A stretch of 64,000 nucleotides of DNA. Source: Octopus vulgaris. Taxonomy: Eukaryota. Positions within the stretch are counted from its first letter, which is position 1. Every line of letters begins with the position of its first letter. Of the stretch, positions 39,885 through 53,765 are shown piece by piece. The stretch is from NCBI GenBank assembly GCA_951406725.2, contig OX597824.1, positions 3,782,001 to 3,846,000 on the forward strand, in the 5' to 3' direction. A model generated the notes under the pieces. The model was not told where the DNA came from, made no database searches, and saw nothing but the letters and a program-made list of their open reading frames with translations. The position numbers were made by a program, and so were the translations under genes.

Positions 39885-39924
39885 AAGGTAACTTCAAATT
39901 CACCTTACCTTAATTAAAAATTTA

Positions 39925-39984
<60 letters not shown>

Positions 39985-39993
39985 CATATATAG

Positions 39994-40280
39994 AACCATG
40001 ACCGACCAGGCTCTCAGATGTTGCTACACATCGCTGGTCACAATGCGCTTTGCATTGGTTTAGCCTTCGAATGATGCCACCCCGCTGGCTAAGCGAGCAG
40101 GCCAACAGAAGAAAGAGTGGGAGAAAGAGTAGTGAAAGAGTACACCACCACCCCTGCCGGAGCTTCTTGGAGCTTTAGGTGTTTTTGCTCAATAAACACT
40201 CACAACGCCCAGTCTGGGAATCGAAACCGCGATCCTACGACCGCGAGTCCGCTGCCCTAACCACTGGGCCATTGCGCCTC

Positions 40281-40281
<1 letters not shown>
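39994..40281 (-). mobile_element. tRNA-derived SINE (family D)
   Basis: Minus-strand head GGAGGCGCAATGGCCCAGTGGTTAGGGCAGCGGACTCGCGG...GGTTTCGATTCCC with CpGs retained. Confidence 0.88.
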
Positions 40282-40336
<55 letters not shown>

Positions 40337-40609
40337 ATTAAGGTAAGGTGAATTTGAAGTTACCTTACCCTAATTAACTTGCTCTAAATGACTTGAGATA
40401 CTCGTCCTGCCTTGGCTTTTGTTGTCCTTTTTCCTTTAATATACTCCTGCTAACTTGGAAGCCTAATATGGATCCCTAGTTCCAGCGTCAGATGTGAACT
40501 TGGAACCAAATGGATGACCAATTACAGCACTTAATCAGTGAACCTATTTATTTAGATCACCAGAGAACTAAACCCCACATGTTCATTATATATATACATA
40601 TATATATAT

Positions 40610-41008
40610 ACTCTTTTACTTGTTTCAGTCATGTGATTGTGGCCATGCTGGAGCATCGCCTTTAGTTGAGCAAATCAACCCCAGGACTTATTCGTTGTAA
40701 GCCTAGTACTTATTCTATCGGTCTCTTTTTGCGGAACTGCTAGGTTATGGGGACATAAACAAACCGGCATCGGTTGTCAAATGATGTTGGGAGGACAAAC
40801 ACAGACACACAAACATATACACACATATACATATATATATATAGAACAGGTTTCTTTCAGTTTCCGTCTACCAAATCCACTCACAAGGCTTTGGTCAACC
40901 CGAGGCTATAGCAGAAGACACTTGCCCAAGGTGCCACACAGTGGGACTGAACCCGGAACCATATGGCTGGTAAGCAAGCTACTTACCACACAGCTACTCC
41001 TACACCTA
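40610..41008 (-). mobile_element. SINE family A
   Basis: Matches 9195-9610 throughout. Confidence 0.88.
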
Positions 41009-41050
41009 TTCTTACCACACAACCTCTCCTACACCTATACATATATACAT

Positions 41051-41116
<66 letters not shown>

Positions 41117-41132
41117 ATGCATATTTGTGTGC

Positions 41133-41493
41133 ATTTATAAAATATTTACTTACACTGTCTTGTACATGTTTCATTAACAAAGAAGGATTATGAATTAATT
41201 ATACAGAATGAAAGTTATATAATTCAATTGTATTGTCAAATCTTCAGAGATAACTTACATTGATAACATTACTGGATTAGTGACAGTGCTGTCAACAATG
41301 GGTAAGCAAACCTAAGCTGTTTGCTTATCAGTAACGGCAGTACTGTCAATTTATTCTGTAACAAACCAAATTGAAGTTATGCATCTCTGAAGATTTGACA
41401 AGGTAATTTGATTGCATAATTTACATTATATAATCAATAATCTCCCTTTGTGAGTGAAACCTGTGGAAAATGGCATGAGTAAATATCTTATAA
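41133..41493. mobile_element. Old palindromic MITE
   Basis: Nested pairs TTTATAAAATATTTACT/AGTAAATATCTTATAAA, TTGTCAAATCTTCAGAGAT/ATCTCTGAAGATTTGACAA and TAAGCAAAC/GTTTGCTTA around 41313. Confidence 0.7.
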
Positions 41494-41759
41494 ACAATGT
41501 TTCTGATTTGTTTTGTTTCCTATAGGCACTCCCTGACATGCCCAACCAATGAGAAACAAACAGCCAGTCTATTTATATACACAACAATTTACATACTGTA
41601 AATGTTTAACACTTTATTTTAATAGCAGCAGCCTGTCAATGGGGATCTCAGACCAGACAACACCAAGGTATGATATGATACATGGAAGCCAAAATTATAG
41701 ACATACAAACATTGCAAATTTAAATATTCCTTGTAGGTGGATGTAAGTTCTTGCATTTA

Positions 41760-42135
41760 TAAGTGTGTATATATTCTTACTTATATATAGGTGTGTATAT
41801 ATTCTTATTTATATAGGTGTGTGTATATTCTTATTTATATAGGTGTGTATATATTCATACATATATAGGTGCATATATATTCTTACTTATATAGGTGTGT
41901 ATATATTCTTACTTATATATGTGTGTATATATTCTTACATATATAGGTGTTTATATATTCTTATTAATATAGGTGTGTATATATTCTTACATATATATAG
42001 GTGTGTATATATTATTACATATATATGTATAAGTGTATATATATTCTTACGTATATATTAGTGTGTATATATTCTTACATATATATAGGTGTGTATATAT
42101 TCTTACATATATAGGTGTGTATATATTCTTACATA
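41760..42135. repeat. About 27-31-bp minisatellite (ATATAGGTGTGTATATATTCTTAC...)
   Basis: About 13 copies; decayed copies continue at 43060-43110, 43450-43550 and 43925-44035, interrupted by insertions. Confidence 0.9.
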
Positions 42136-42139
42136 TGAA

Positions 42140-43058
42140 CTCTGGAGATGTGCTGTGACTACTAAGACCAGGGATGCTTCCGGCACCAGTTCCGCATACC
42201 CCCTGCCCATTCAAAGTACCTTGGATCCCGGAACATCTCGTTGTGCTTGAGGAAACCTGTTGAGTCAAGTGCATATACATGAATATCGAACCAAATATCA
42301 ATGGAAACAGTAGCTGTGACACCTGTGCTGGTGACACATAAAAAGCACCATCCGAACGTGGCTGTTGCCAGTGCAGCCTCGACTGGCTTCTGTGCCGGTG
42401 GCACACAAAAAGCACCATCCGAACGTGGACCGATGCCAACCCCGCCCCGATTGGCTTCTGTGCCAGTGGCACATAAAAACCACCATCCGAACGTGGCCGA
42501 TGCCAGCACCGCCTCGACTGGCTTCTGTGCCGGTGGCACATAAAAAGCACCAACCGAACGTGACTGATGCCAGTGCAGCCTCCACTGGCTTCTGTGCCGG
42601 TGGCACATAAAAAGCGCCATCCGAACGTGACTGATGCCAACCCTGCCTCGAATGGCTTCTGTGCCGGTGGCACATAAAAAGCACCTTCCGAACGTGGCCG
42701 ATGCCAACACCACCCCGACTGGCTTCTGTGCCGGTGGCACATAAAAACCACCATCCGAACGTGGCCGATGTCAGCACCGCCTTGACTGGCTTCTGTGCCG
42801 GTGGCACATGAAAAAGCACCAACCGATCGTGGCCGATGCCAGACCCCTCTGGCACCTGTGCAGGTGGCACGTAAAAAGCACCCACTACACTTGCAGAGTG
42901 GTTGGCGTTAGGAAGGGCATCCAGCTGTAGAAACACTGCCAGATCAGACTGGAGCCTGGAGCAGCCCCTGGCTCCCCAGACCCCGGTCGAACCGTCCAAC
43001 CCGTGCTGGTGCGGAAAACGGACGTTAAACGATGATGATGATGATGATGATGATGATA
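42140..43058 (+). mobile_element. RTE-tail element with internal 67-bp tandem array (about 8 copies)
   Basis: TGGCACATAAAAAGCACCATCCGAACGTGG... at 42534, 42601, 42668, 42735 and 42802; ends GGACGTTAAACGATGATGAT. Confidence 0.88.
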
Positions 43059-43553
43059 TAGGTGTGTACATGTTCTTACATATATATAGTTGTGTATATA
43101 CTCTTATATGTAGATGCATTGTGAAGGCGCATGGCCCAGTGGTTAGAGTGTTGCACTCATGATCAGGAGTTTGCGGTTTCAATTCCTGGTCTGAGTGGTG
43201 CTTTGTGTTCTTGTGTAAAACACTTCATCCCATGTTGCCCTGCTATCACTTCAACACCTGAAGCATGATACACCGTGCACCTGTACAGGCAACATCAATT
43301 TGATGGACAAAGTGAGCTGATGTCCAGCACATCCTTTTGGCCAATGTAAACAAAACATCTGTGCAGGTTGTTCAGAAAGTAATTGCAGAATTGTCTTAGA
43401 CTACAAGAGGCTACCATTAATATGGGTGCCTTGATATTCCCGTAGATTTGTGTGCATATATTCTTCTACATAGATCTATCTATATTCCTATGTATAGGTG
43501 TGTTTATATATTCCTATATTGTGGTGTATATATTGTTCTATATATATATATTG

Positions 43554-43927
43554 TCCCCTATAGCTCGGTAGTTAGGGCACTGGTCTTGAGCACTGAGGGC
43601 TTCTGTTACACATTTTATGGTAGTGGGGATCTGAAAGGGGTCTCAGGGAATAGTGTCCCTGCTTTCCTGAGCTAGTTTTCCACCACATTTCTTAAAAATC
43701 ATGGTAGAGGCCTTGGTCTAGAAACTGAGGTTGGGGGTAAGCAAGGGAATGCTCCCCGTAGAAAATCCAGCTCCAAAAAAGCCTCATGATAGCAAGGGAG
43801 AATGGGCACCAGCCAGCCCAAAGTTTGGGGTGGGCTGCACCCGCCTACCTCTGTTGCTATGGCATTGAGGTAGATCTGGCTGCCCTCGTTAATGCGGACA
43901 AAACCTGGATTTAAAACACTGGATGAT
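43554..43927 (+). mobile_element. SINE-like element with tRNA-like head and RTE-5'-like internal segment
   Basis: A-box-like TAGCTCGGTAG; internal GGTTGGGGGTAAGCAAGGGAATGCTCCCCGTAGAAAA; ends TTAAAACACTGGATGAT. Confidence 0.55.
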
Positions 43928-45024
43928 AGGTGTGTATATAGTCCTAGATATAAGTGTATCGTTATTCCTCTTTATATATGTGTATATATTCCTATCTATA
44001 CAGGTGTGCATGTTTTCCCATATATAGGTGTTCTTTCTTTTTCTAAAAAGCACCATTCGAGTGTAGTCATTGCCAGTGCTGCCTGACTGGCTCCCATGCC
44101 AGTGGCATGTAAAAAGCACCAACTTTGGTGTTAGGAAGGGCATCCAGCTGTAGAAACTTTGCCTGCTCAGACTGGGGCCTGGTGCAGTCTTCTGGCTTAC
44201 CAGTCCTCAGTCAAACCGTCCAACCCATGTCAGTATGGAAAGCAAACATTAAACTATGATGATGGGGAGGAGGAAGAGAAGTAAGCAAAAATGTGAGACC
44301 AGTTTTATCACAGAAACAGGAAGACTTAGATATTTGAAAAGATACAGTAATTTATTTTTAGATATAATCATTGAAAATGTTACGATTGGAAGTAAACATT
44401 GGAAACATTTCTTCAGCAAGTTAATTCCATATTTTCTTCCCTAAGAAATAAGATATGGGGTTTTAACAATTTCGAAGTGATTTTAAGAGAACAACATTTT
44501 AAAGAATAATTTAAAATACAAAAACGAACCTAAGGATTTAATAATCATGAAATGGTGGTGAAATATAATTTGAGTAGAGGGATAAGTATATCTTGTCAAA
44601 CTTCTTCACATACTCTTGCACTCATATAAAGACACATATAAAACTCATGTGTGCAGATGTATTGAAATTTATTATTCATGTAACAATAATTGCAAAGGAT
44701 ATATATATATATATATATATATCATCATCATCATCATCGTTTAACATTCGTTTTCCATGCTGGCATGGGTTGGACGATTTGACTGAGGACTGGCAAGCCG
44801 GGAGTCTGCACCTGGCTCCAATCTGATCTGGCAATGTTTCTACAGCTGGTTGCCCTTCCTAATGCCAATCACTCCGAGAGTGTAGTGGGTGCTTTTTATG
44901 TGCCACCGGCATGGGAGCCAGTCAAGCGGCACTGGCATCGGCCATGTTTGGATGGTGCTATATATATATATATATATATGAATATATGGGTATATGCAGT
45001 AATATCTAGGTAATAACCTCATAT

Positions 45025-45316
45025 GTTGTTTGTTCCTTCTAAAGCCATGCCTGGTCCATAGGGCCAGTTTCCCAGTTTCCTTGCCATATAGGTTCCCCAC
45101 CTGGATGGGATGCTGGTCCGTCACAGGTGAGCTGCAAGATGCAGGAGGAAAGTTGTGGCAAAAGAGTCAGCAGAAGTTTGCCATTACCTTCTACCGGAGC
45201 CGTGTGGAGCTTAGGTGTTTTGCTCATAAACACACACATTGCCTGGTCTGAGAGTTGAACCCACGATCCCTCAACCGTGAGTATGCTGCTCTACTCACTA
45301 GGCCATGTGCCTCCAC
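45025..45316 (-). mobile_element. SINE (family D-like head) with 13-bp target-site duplication
   Basis: AATAACCTCATAT at 45012-45024 and 45317-45329. Confidence 0.85.
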
Positions 45317-45661
45317 AATAACCTCATATAATGCATTTAAATGCTGCTATACCGTTATTGGCTACCATACGCCATCATAGAACAGGCTTATTTCTTGAGC
45401 TGGATAGACAGGTGGAACTCCATTTGTGTATAGGATTTCTATAAGAATTTAGACACCAAAAAGATGAAATAAACAGGCTTTAATTACAAATTACAACATT
45501 TGTTTCTGTGCTACATGATGTAATTATTCATACAATCACTTAATGTAATGGTATAAGGATGAAAACTCAGCAACGTGCATCTGTTGCCACTGCACAGAAG
45601 AAAAAGCTGAAATATGCAATTAAAGTCTGTCTATTCTATCTTCTTAGATAAATTCATATGT

Positions 45662-45697
<36 letters not shown>

Positions 45698-46269
45698 GTT
45701 TAACATCTGCCTTCCATGCTAGCATGGGTGGGACAGTTTCACAAAAGCTGGCCGGGCAGAAGCCTGCACCAGACTTCTGTGACAGTTTTGGCAGGATTTT
45801 TACAGCTGGATGCCATTCCTAACACCAACCACTCAGCAGAGTGGACTTAGTGCTTTTTACAAGAACAGGTGAGGTCAGTTTTGGCAAGGTTTTTACAGCT
45901 AGATGCCCTTCCGAACACCAACCACTTTACAGTTTGCACTGGGTGCTTTTAAGTGGCACCTGCACTTACAGGGTCACCAAGTACTTGCAAGACAAGAAAA
46001 CTAAAAGCTTTCAAGAGGGGAGGGGACATTGGAGGAGGTGATCTTGTGTTGGATGATGAAAGGTTATAGTGAGACATTTGATCACTTGTTTTCTATATTC
46101 AAAATTCGGACAGAACTTATCTGATGACTTGATAGAACTCTGTTTTGCTGATGTGGGAGGGTCTTCTCTAGATGTATGTATATATTCATGCATCTATCTA
46201 TCTATCTATCTGTCTGTCTGTCTGTTTGTTTATCTAATTGTGTGTGTGAGTGTGTCTAAGTGGGTCTTC

Positions 46270-47780
46270 AGTTAAAAATATCTTGTTTATGAATTTTAAA
46301 AGGTTTTATTAAGACTTAGTATATCTATTGTATTATTTAGAAAGACTTACAAGAATATATCAAGGCAGGGAAGTGAAATGGGGGAAGTAGACAACATGCA
46401 TAGTTTTGAATCAATTGTTGTATATGATTGCTTTAAAATGTTTAAAGGTTTTGTATATTTCATGTCTGCAAAAGGAGATCTTAGCATCAGTTATATGTAA
46501 TGTATTCTTTCTTTTTTGAAGAAGCAGAAATTCCTAAGCTTTGGCTGTGAATAAATTTCATGGTTTTAGTTTTTGCTTTATATGATTTTGCTCTTTGAAA
46601 CTTATTCGTATTGTATCATCATTTTCCAAATTTTAAATGTATTCAGAAAGTGAAGTTTATGTTTGTTTCTAAATGTATACTTGTGTTGATTGAAACAAAG
46701 TGTAAAAGTATTGAAAGTTAGTGACATATACACACTTGGTGTATTTATTTGTAAGTAACTGCATTAATAAAATACGTATTCAACTAAACAGTTATCATCA
46801 GAAGATAGTTGCTTCAGTTTTTAGAATTGCAGTTACTAGTCATTGGATTATTCATAGATTCAATGATAAATGTTTGAGGGATTGAGAGGTAATAGTCTTG
46901 GATGTATAATCAAATAAATTAGCAAAATTCTCACTAAACTAAAAAAGAAAAATATATTTCTTTTCGTAGATTTGAAACATTTTATAACTATGTGAGTATT
47001 GTTCTGAAGTTTAATTAAAATGCAAGCTGAAGATTTTGATATATTTTTGTCTAATTTGGCTTTGACAATACCAGTGTTGATGGATTTTATAAGATGGATG
47101 TTAGTTTTATGATCTTTGAATTCAAATAATGGTTTTTGTGGTGTAAGGAGCTGCTGTCCTCTTGTCTGTATCTAATTGTAATGTGTTAGCTGCTTTTTTT
47201 TTTTTATATTTACCATATTCACGATGTTCTAATTTATCTTCTACTTAATAATTCAGTTAGGAAAGAAGTATTGAAAATACTGCTGTCTGCTTCATAAAAG
47301 CATATTTTTTTTTATTCATTTGATTTTTTCGAATTGTATAAATATTTTACTGCAGATTTTTAATCTTTCATAATTTACTGATCAGATTCTTCCAGAAAGT
47401 ACAATTTACTTTCCTATATAATGTATTTTTAATTAATATGAACAGTTTCTCTTCCAAAATGTTGAATTAGTGTATTTGGCAGACAGGCATTTGTTAGATA
47501 TAAATCCAAAATTCAAATCATTGTTTCTTTCGTCTATCACAAAATTCGCTTGTTACCATCATCTAATTGCCAGTCTCCTTCGTTAGTGGTTTCAGACAAG
47601 TTATGTAAGATGGTGTGTACATTTTGTCAGCCATGAGTTTATTTGATATTTCAGTGTTTCGAATGTAATGGTGGTTCATAGTTCAATAAAATAAGTTTAA
47701 TGTAGATTTTGTTTGTTAATAAGAATCTTGATAACTATACAAGCCTAAAGAAAGAACTGCAATGGTTTTTGTAGAAGAGT
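46270..47780 (-). mobile_element. Penelope-like element RT ORF, heavily decayed
   Basis: Minus-strand remnants occur in the expected order: FGFISNKC, FKDHKTN, KLDK, IQDYYLSI (cf. FDIxDFYPSI) and LDIFL (cf. FLDVTL); many stops and frameshifts. Confidence 0.6.
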
Positions 47781-47906
47781 AAAGGATAAATGATTAAAAA
47801 TTAATTGAATGCAATGAATATACTTATACATACATATATACATACATACATACAAACATACATACATATGTGTGTATATATATATGTATGTATTTATATA
47901 TATGTA

Positions 47907-47945
<39 letters not shown>

Positions 47946-48934
47946 ATATGTATATATGCATATATATATGTGAGTGTGTGTATGTATATATGTATGTGTG
48001 GGTATATATATATATATATGTATATATATATTTATATATATGCTTAAGATTAATTGAATGTGATAAATTTATATATATATATACAAACACATATATATAT
48101 ATGTATACACACACATACATACATATTTGTGTGTGTGTGTGTATTTATGTAGCACACACACACACATATACATACATACATAGGTATGTCATGAACAAAT
48201 AAAAAGAAAAATAAGGGAAATTACAAAAAATGCTAAATTACAAAAATAGGGGGAAAAACAAAAATAGGGGGAAGGGGTGGTATTTGCTTGCAAAGACAAA
48301 AACAAACAAACCATAATCCGTTATTTCAGATGTAATCACTTAGATTGCATGTTTTAATAGGAAATAAATCATAGGTTTGGTTTTTAATAGTAACAGGGAG
48401 GTTTCTCCAGCTAATTAAAGAAAGTTTATCCTTTTTTCCCCCTTAGAAATAGAAATTGGGGTTTCAACATTGCAAACTGGTTTTAAATGAATTCAAAATG
48501 TAAAAATAAAAATAAGGCTTTAATAATTATAAAAGAGAAGTGAAAACTTATTTGGAAGAGGAGCTGTTACATGTGCCTCTGTATACTTCTCTGCACATGC
48601 ATGCATACATGCATACACACACACACCCACACACACACGGGAAATAAAAGAAGGTAGAAAAGGCTAAACTAATTTCATCATGAAATACATTTTGGAACAG
48701 TTAGTACCGGTTTCTGACTTTTTGACTTTTCAACTAAGAGTAAAACAAAGGCAGATATTAATTGAGAAGAAAAACAATTAAACTAAAGAAAAAATTAAAG
48801 GAAATGTTTAGTAAATATTTCGATAGTCTTCAAATAGGTAGGACATTTTCCTTTTTTTCTGTCCATCTATCTTTTCCTTTGTGAAGGCTTGTAAGGTAGG
48901 TCGAAGCAGACACACACACACCCACACACACACC

Positions 48935-48976
<42 letters not shown>

Positions 48977-49726
48977 TATATATATTTGAAGACGAAACGA
49001 TGATGATGATATATATATATATATATTTAGAGAATGTTAGTTATGACTGGTTCATAGGGTTACCCAAGGTTTCATGTCCCAGACATATATATGTATACAT
49101 TCATACATACACCCACTTATTTAATGTTGTCCATCAAATTGAAAGCTACCCATTTTCTTCTTTATTTGTATAGGGTGATCCTAAAGTCTTGTCACCCCCC
49201 GCCCCCGCCAAAAAGTAAAAAGAACAACAGAAGAACAATACAATAATACCAAACACACGCAACTGGTTTTATTATATTCACTTTCATTGACACTGTCACA
49301 CATCGAGCAGGTCTGCATGAACTCCATCATTTTCGTGGCAAAAAATGATGCGGTGCCATATCCTGTGTGATATTTTACCATCACATCTATATTCTGTTCC
49401 TTGTCACTTGTGAGTTTACCCTGGCACTTCACCATCTCTCTCCTGCTCTCTCTTACTCTTGTGCTGTTTCCTACTCTCTCTCACTTCCATTGCTCTTCCT
49501 TTTGGCTGAGTAGCCAGGTGTCTCCTCAAGACCTATTTCTGCCCTTATTCTTGGTCGCTCTCTCTCCACCCTGCTGAGTAACCACGTACCTCCTCTAAAG
49601 CAAAACACCTATTTCTGCCTCCTTATTTCTCTGTCACACTCTAACCTTTCATCTTCAGATACCGGATCACCGCCTCCAATGACCCCTCTGTTATAGCAAA
49701 CACCTGTTTCTGTCTCTTTGTGCTTG

Positions 49727-50157
49727 GCAACAGGACTCTGCACCATGCCACAGAAGCAGGAGAACCCAGTCATGGCTGTCAGACAATTTCTGCAACCACA
49801 TCCCCCCTAACATCTGGCCACCTAACTCCCCAGACTGCAACCCCCTTGATTATTATGTGTGGGATGCAGTTGAGTAAAAGACCAACAAAACTCCATGTGA
49901 CCCCAAAGATAAACTGGAGGTAAGGATTGTGGCAGCATTCACCAACTTAAACAAGGAGACTGTCCAGAAGAGTTGCAGAAGATTCCAAAGTTGTCGGAGG
50001 CCATGGTTGAAGCCAATGGCAATTTTATTGAATAAATTTACTGTTTAGTCTTTCAAGATATTTTTTGTGTAATTTTGGTAAATATATGTTAAAATGAGAT
50101 GTCAGTGTTGTTTTAATTTTTGCATAATTTACATGACAGTTTATTCACTGCACCCTG
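49727..50157 (+). mobile_element. DD37D transposon 3' half
   Basis: WQQDSAPCH...WPPNSPDCNPLDYYVWDAVE; terminus GCACCCTG|TA. Confidence 0.8.
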
Positions 50158-50603
50158 TACACAATGTATATTCACAGATACATATGCATGCCTGTAGATA
50201 CACATACATTTACCCTTTTACTCTCATAATAAAGACAAATGCACACACACACACACACACACACACACAAGTAAGCATTCTCTCAACTCAGCTGTGCCAA
50301 TACAACAACAACAACAGCAACAGCATCTCAAATGAGTAGCCCTTCTGTGCAATTGTTAACTCTAAAGATGAGAATGATAATAATAATAATTCTTTCTACT
50401 TGAAAGCACAAGGACTGAACTTTTTGGGGTGAGGACCAGTTGATTTCATTGACCCCCAGTGTTTCACTGGTACTTAATTTAATGGCCCCAAAGGGATGAA
50501 ACACAAAGTCAACCTTGGCGGAATTTGAACTCCGAAGTTGAAGACAGACGAAATGCCGCTAAGCATTATGTCCACGTGCTAATGATTCTGCCAGCTCGCT
50601 GCC

Positions 50604-50647
<44 letters not shown>

Positions 50648-50914
50648 TATTATTATTATTATAATAATAACAATAATAATAATAATAACAATAATAGTAA
50701 TAATCTTTTCTACTCTAGGCACAAGGCCCGAAATTTTTGGGGAAGGGCCTAGATGATTAGATCAACCCCAATACACAACTCGTATTTAATTTATCAACCC
50801 CAAAAGGATGAAAGGCAAAGTTGACCTCGGTGGAATTTGAACTCAGAATGTAAAGACATGAAATATCGCTTAGTATTTTGCTCAACATGCTAACGTTTCT
50901 GCCAGTTTGCAGCC

Positions 50915-51045
<131 letters not shown>

Positions 51046-51548
51046 AAGAAGAGGAGAGAGAGAGAGAGAAAGAGATTTACAACTGAGATTAAAGGAAAGA
51101 CAAGTGAAGAGAAAAGGGATCAAAATGGAGAGAGAGAAAGAATGATGACAGAGGAATGATGACAAGGAAATAATAACAAGGGAATGATAGTGTGAAAGGA
51201 AAATATCTTCAAGAATTTCTTAAAAGTACAACAAACAAACAAATAAGAAACAAAAAAAGGAGTAAAAAAAAATGGAGGTCAAACAAGTAAAAAGAAAGAA
51301 GGAAAGTAAAGTAGTGAGGGAGGGAGGGAGGGAGGAGAGAACTGTATAATGAGTTTGGAGAGGGAAGAAACTTGCTCAAGGAAGATATGGTAATCAAGGG
51401 AAAAGGTCAAAGAGATGAAAGATGAATTGACTCTTGCCAGTGTTTATTTATTTAATTCTATGAAACCAAGCAGGACTTAGCCACATTTCTATCATTACCT
51501 ATCTCTGTCTGTCTGTCTGTCTCTCCCCCTCTGTGTGTGTGTATATAT

Positions 51549-51622
<74 letters not shown>

Positions 51623-52046
51623 TTCTATATTTGTACATGCTCCTTTCTTCCTTTCTTTATTTTCTTTCCCCTCCTTCCTCTCCCCCTCTCTCTTTCTCTC
51701 TCTCTCTCTTCCTCTCTCTCTCTCTCTCTCTCTCTTCCTCTCCCTCTTTCCTTATCATTGATTCTCTAAGACTACAAGGGTGTCTTTGCTGCTGACCTTT
51801 GAACACTAACGGTTAACAGAAATGGTATTTTCACACAGAAGGTCAATAAGCTGCTAGAGTTTCTGTGACTCCAAACACCACCGTGCCGCCCCAGCCACGA
51901 CTGTCCTGACCACTGCCATCATCATTACCACCATCAACACGACCAGCAAATTCATCACCATTGCCACCATCATCACTGCCACTATTATCCTTATCATCAC
52001 TATTAGCATCATCATTGTTAGTTGAAGCAGCAGCATCACTGCTCAT

Positions 52047-52296
52047 ACCACCACCACCACCACCACCACCACCACCACCACCACCACCACCACCACCACC
52101 ACCACCACCACCACCACCACCACCACCACCACCACCACCACCCACCACCACCACCACCATCACCACCATCACCACCACCACCACCACCACCACCACCACC
52201 ATCACCACCACCACCACCACCACCACCACCACCACCACCACCACCACCACCACCACCACCACCACCACCACCACCACCACCACCACCACCACCACC
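52047..52296. repeat. (CCA)n microsatellite
   Basis: About 80 units with a one-base slip near 52141. Confidence 0.95.
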
Positions 52297-52340
52297 TTCG
52301 TCACCCTTATCTCTTGAGTTTCAATCCCGCAGAAGTCAAT

Positions 52341-52779
52341 ATTCTATTTTTTTTTTTTCTACTCTAGGCACAAGGCCTGACATTTTTGGGGAGGGGACCA
52401 GTCAATTAGATCGACCCCAGTATGCAACTGGTACTTAATTAATCAACTCCAAAAAGATGAAAGACAAAGTCGACCTCCACGGAATTCGAACTCAGAATGT
52501 AGACAAACGAAATACCGCTAAGTAGTTTGCCTTGTGTCCTAACATTTCTGCCAGCTCGCCGCCTTAAAAATATTTTTCTACTCTAGGCACAAGGCCAGAA
52601 ATTTTGGTGGGGTGGGGCCAGTCGATTTGATTAACCCCAATATGCAAGTGGTACTTGATTTTTCGACCCCGAAAGGATGAAAGGCAAAATCAACCTCGGC
52701 GGAATTTTATCTCAGAACATAGTGATGGGCAAAGTACTGCTAAGCACTTCATCTGACATGCTAACATAACGGCCTTCCT
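52341..52779 (-). mobile_element. Two tandem family-B SINEs inside one 12-bp direct repeat
   Basis: GCAGAAGTCAAT at 52329-52340 and 52780-52791. Confidence 0.8.
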
Positions 52780-52854
52780 GCAGAAGTCAATTTTGAAATA
52801 AGAATCAGATTCAGAGCTGTTAATAATAACAATGATTTGATTACAGCAACAATA

Positions 52855-52890
<36 letters not shown>

Positions 52891-52993
52891 CAGTATTTTT
52901 TTTTTCCCTTCTTTCTTCAAATTTTCTTCCATTTCTCGCCGAGCGTTTTCCATACACCTAGGGCATAGTAGCTCGTTGTTAATATTATTATTA

Positions 52994-53103
<110 letters not shown>

Positions 53104-53111
53104 GTTGTTGT

Positions 53112-53765
53112 TAGTTCTTTTTATTATTTCAGGTTTCGTTGGAACTCTTGGAGTCTTGCATGCGTAGCGGGCTTACTACCTGCAGCCTATGCTGCCATGC
53201 TATCCATTCTTTTCACCTATCTAATACTTTCCTGATTCTTCTGGCCATGCCAAGGGGGCAAACCTTTTGTAACAGTTCTACTGGGCACTCTATTCCAATT
53301 TCCTTCATAATCCTCTTGATGCTTTCTGGTGATACTGTCCCCAAGGACCCAACAATAATTGGCACTATCTTCTCCTTCATTTTCCATTGCTCAGCTATTT
53401 TGTACTTAAGAGGATTGTATATATATCTTTTGTCGCCTTCCTTCTTGACCATTTGCAAGTCAAAGGGGCATGCAACATCAACTATATAACACACTATATA
53501 TTACACCTTGTCCACCCCCACTAGATCCGGTCTGTTATACTCTAGCACCTGATCTGTTTAGATCGGCAAATTTCAGATGATTTTGCAGGTCCCCACCTCT
53601 GCCACTTTCTGTGTTTTGTATTCATCCCATGTCTTGCCTCTCTTGGACCCACATTTTTTGCACAGTTTCCAATGTAGCACTTTTGCTCCCTCATCATGTC
53701 ACCACAACTTGAAACGATTTTGGGCAAGTCTAGGGCTATTGTTATTAATGTTAAGAAGGGCATCT
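53112..53765 (-). mobile_element. R4/Dong-type RLE retroelement 3' end, family 4
   Basis: YNRPDLVGVD...CYIVDVACPFDLQMVKKEGDKRYIYNPLKYKIAEQW...PIIVGSLGTV...LLQKVCPLGMARRIRKVL; its 3' end abuts a long (TTA)n. Confidence 0.85.

Noticed and set aside
40205-40281. tRNA gene candidates (also 8113 and 28120-28192)
   Set aside because: A and B boxes are present, but each continues into a shared SINE body and I could not form a proper acceptor stem; these are SINE heads.
42325-42880. CRISPR-like regular spacing
   Set aside because: The whole unit repeats with no unique spacers, there are no cas genes, and the context is eukaryotic. The same applies to the 37-bp array at 22800.
42047-43182. Three long overlapping minus-strand ORFs (235, 192 and 294 aa)
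   Set aside because: They arise from a 67-bp unit (not a multiple of 3) without stop codons inside an RTE-tailed repeat; the same peptides cycle through all frames.
46270-47800. Apparent unique 3' UTR-like AT-rich region
   Set aside because: Minus-strand translation shows ordered Penelope RT remnants, so it is better explained as an old retroelement.
51843-52050. D/G/S-rich ORF MSSDAAASTNNDD...TLAAY (similar at 19269-19598 and 58255-58790)
   Set aside because: Grades directly out of trinucleotide repeats and has no convincing splice sites; most likely decayed microsatellite.
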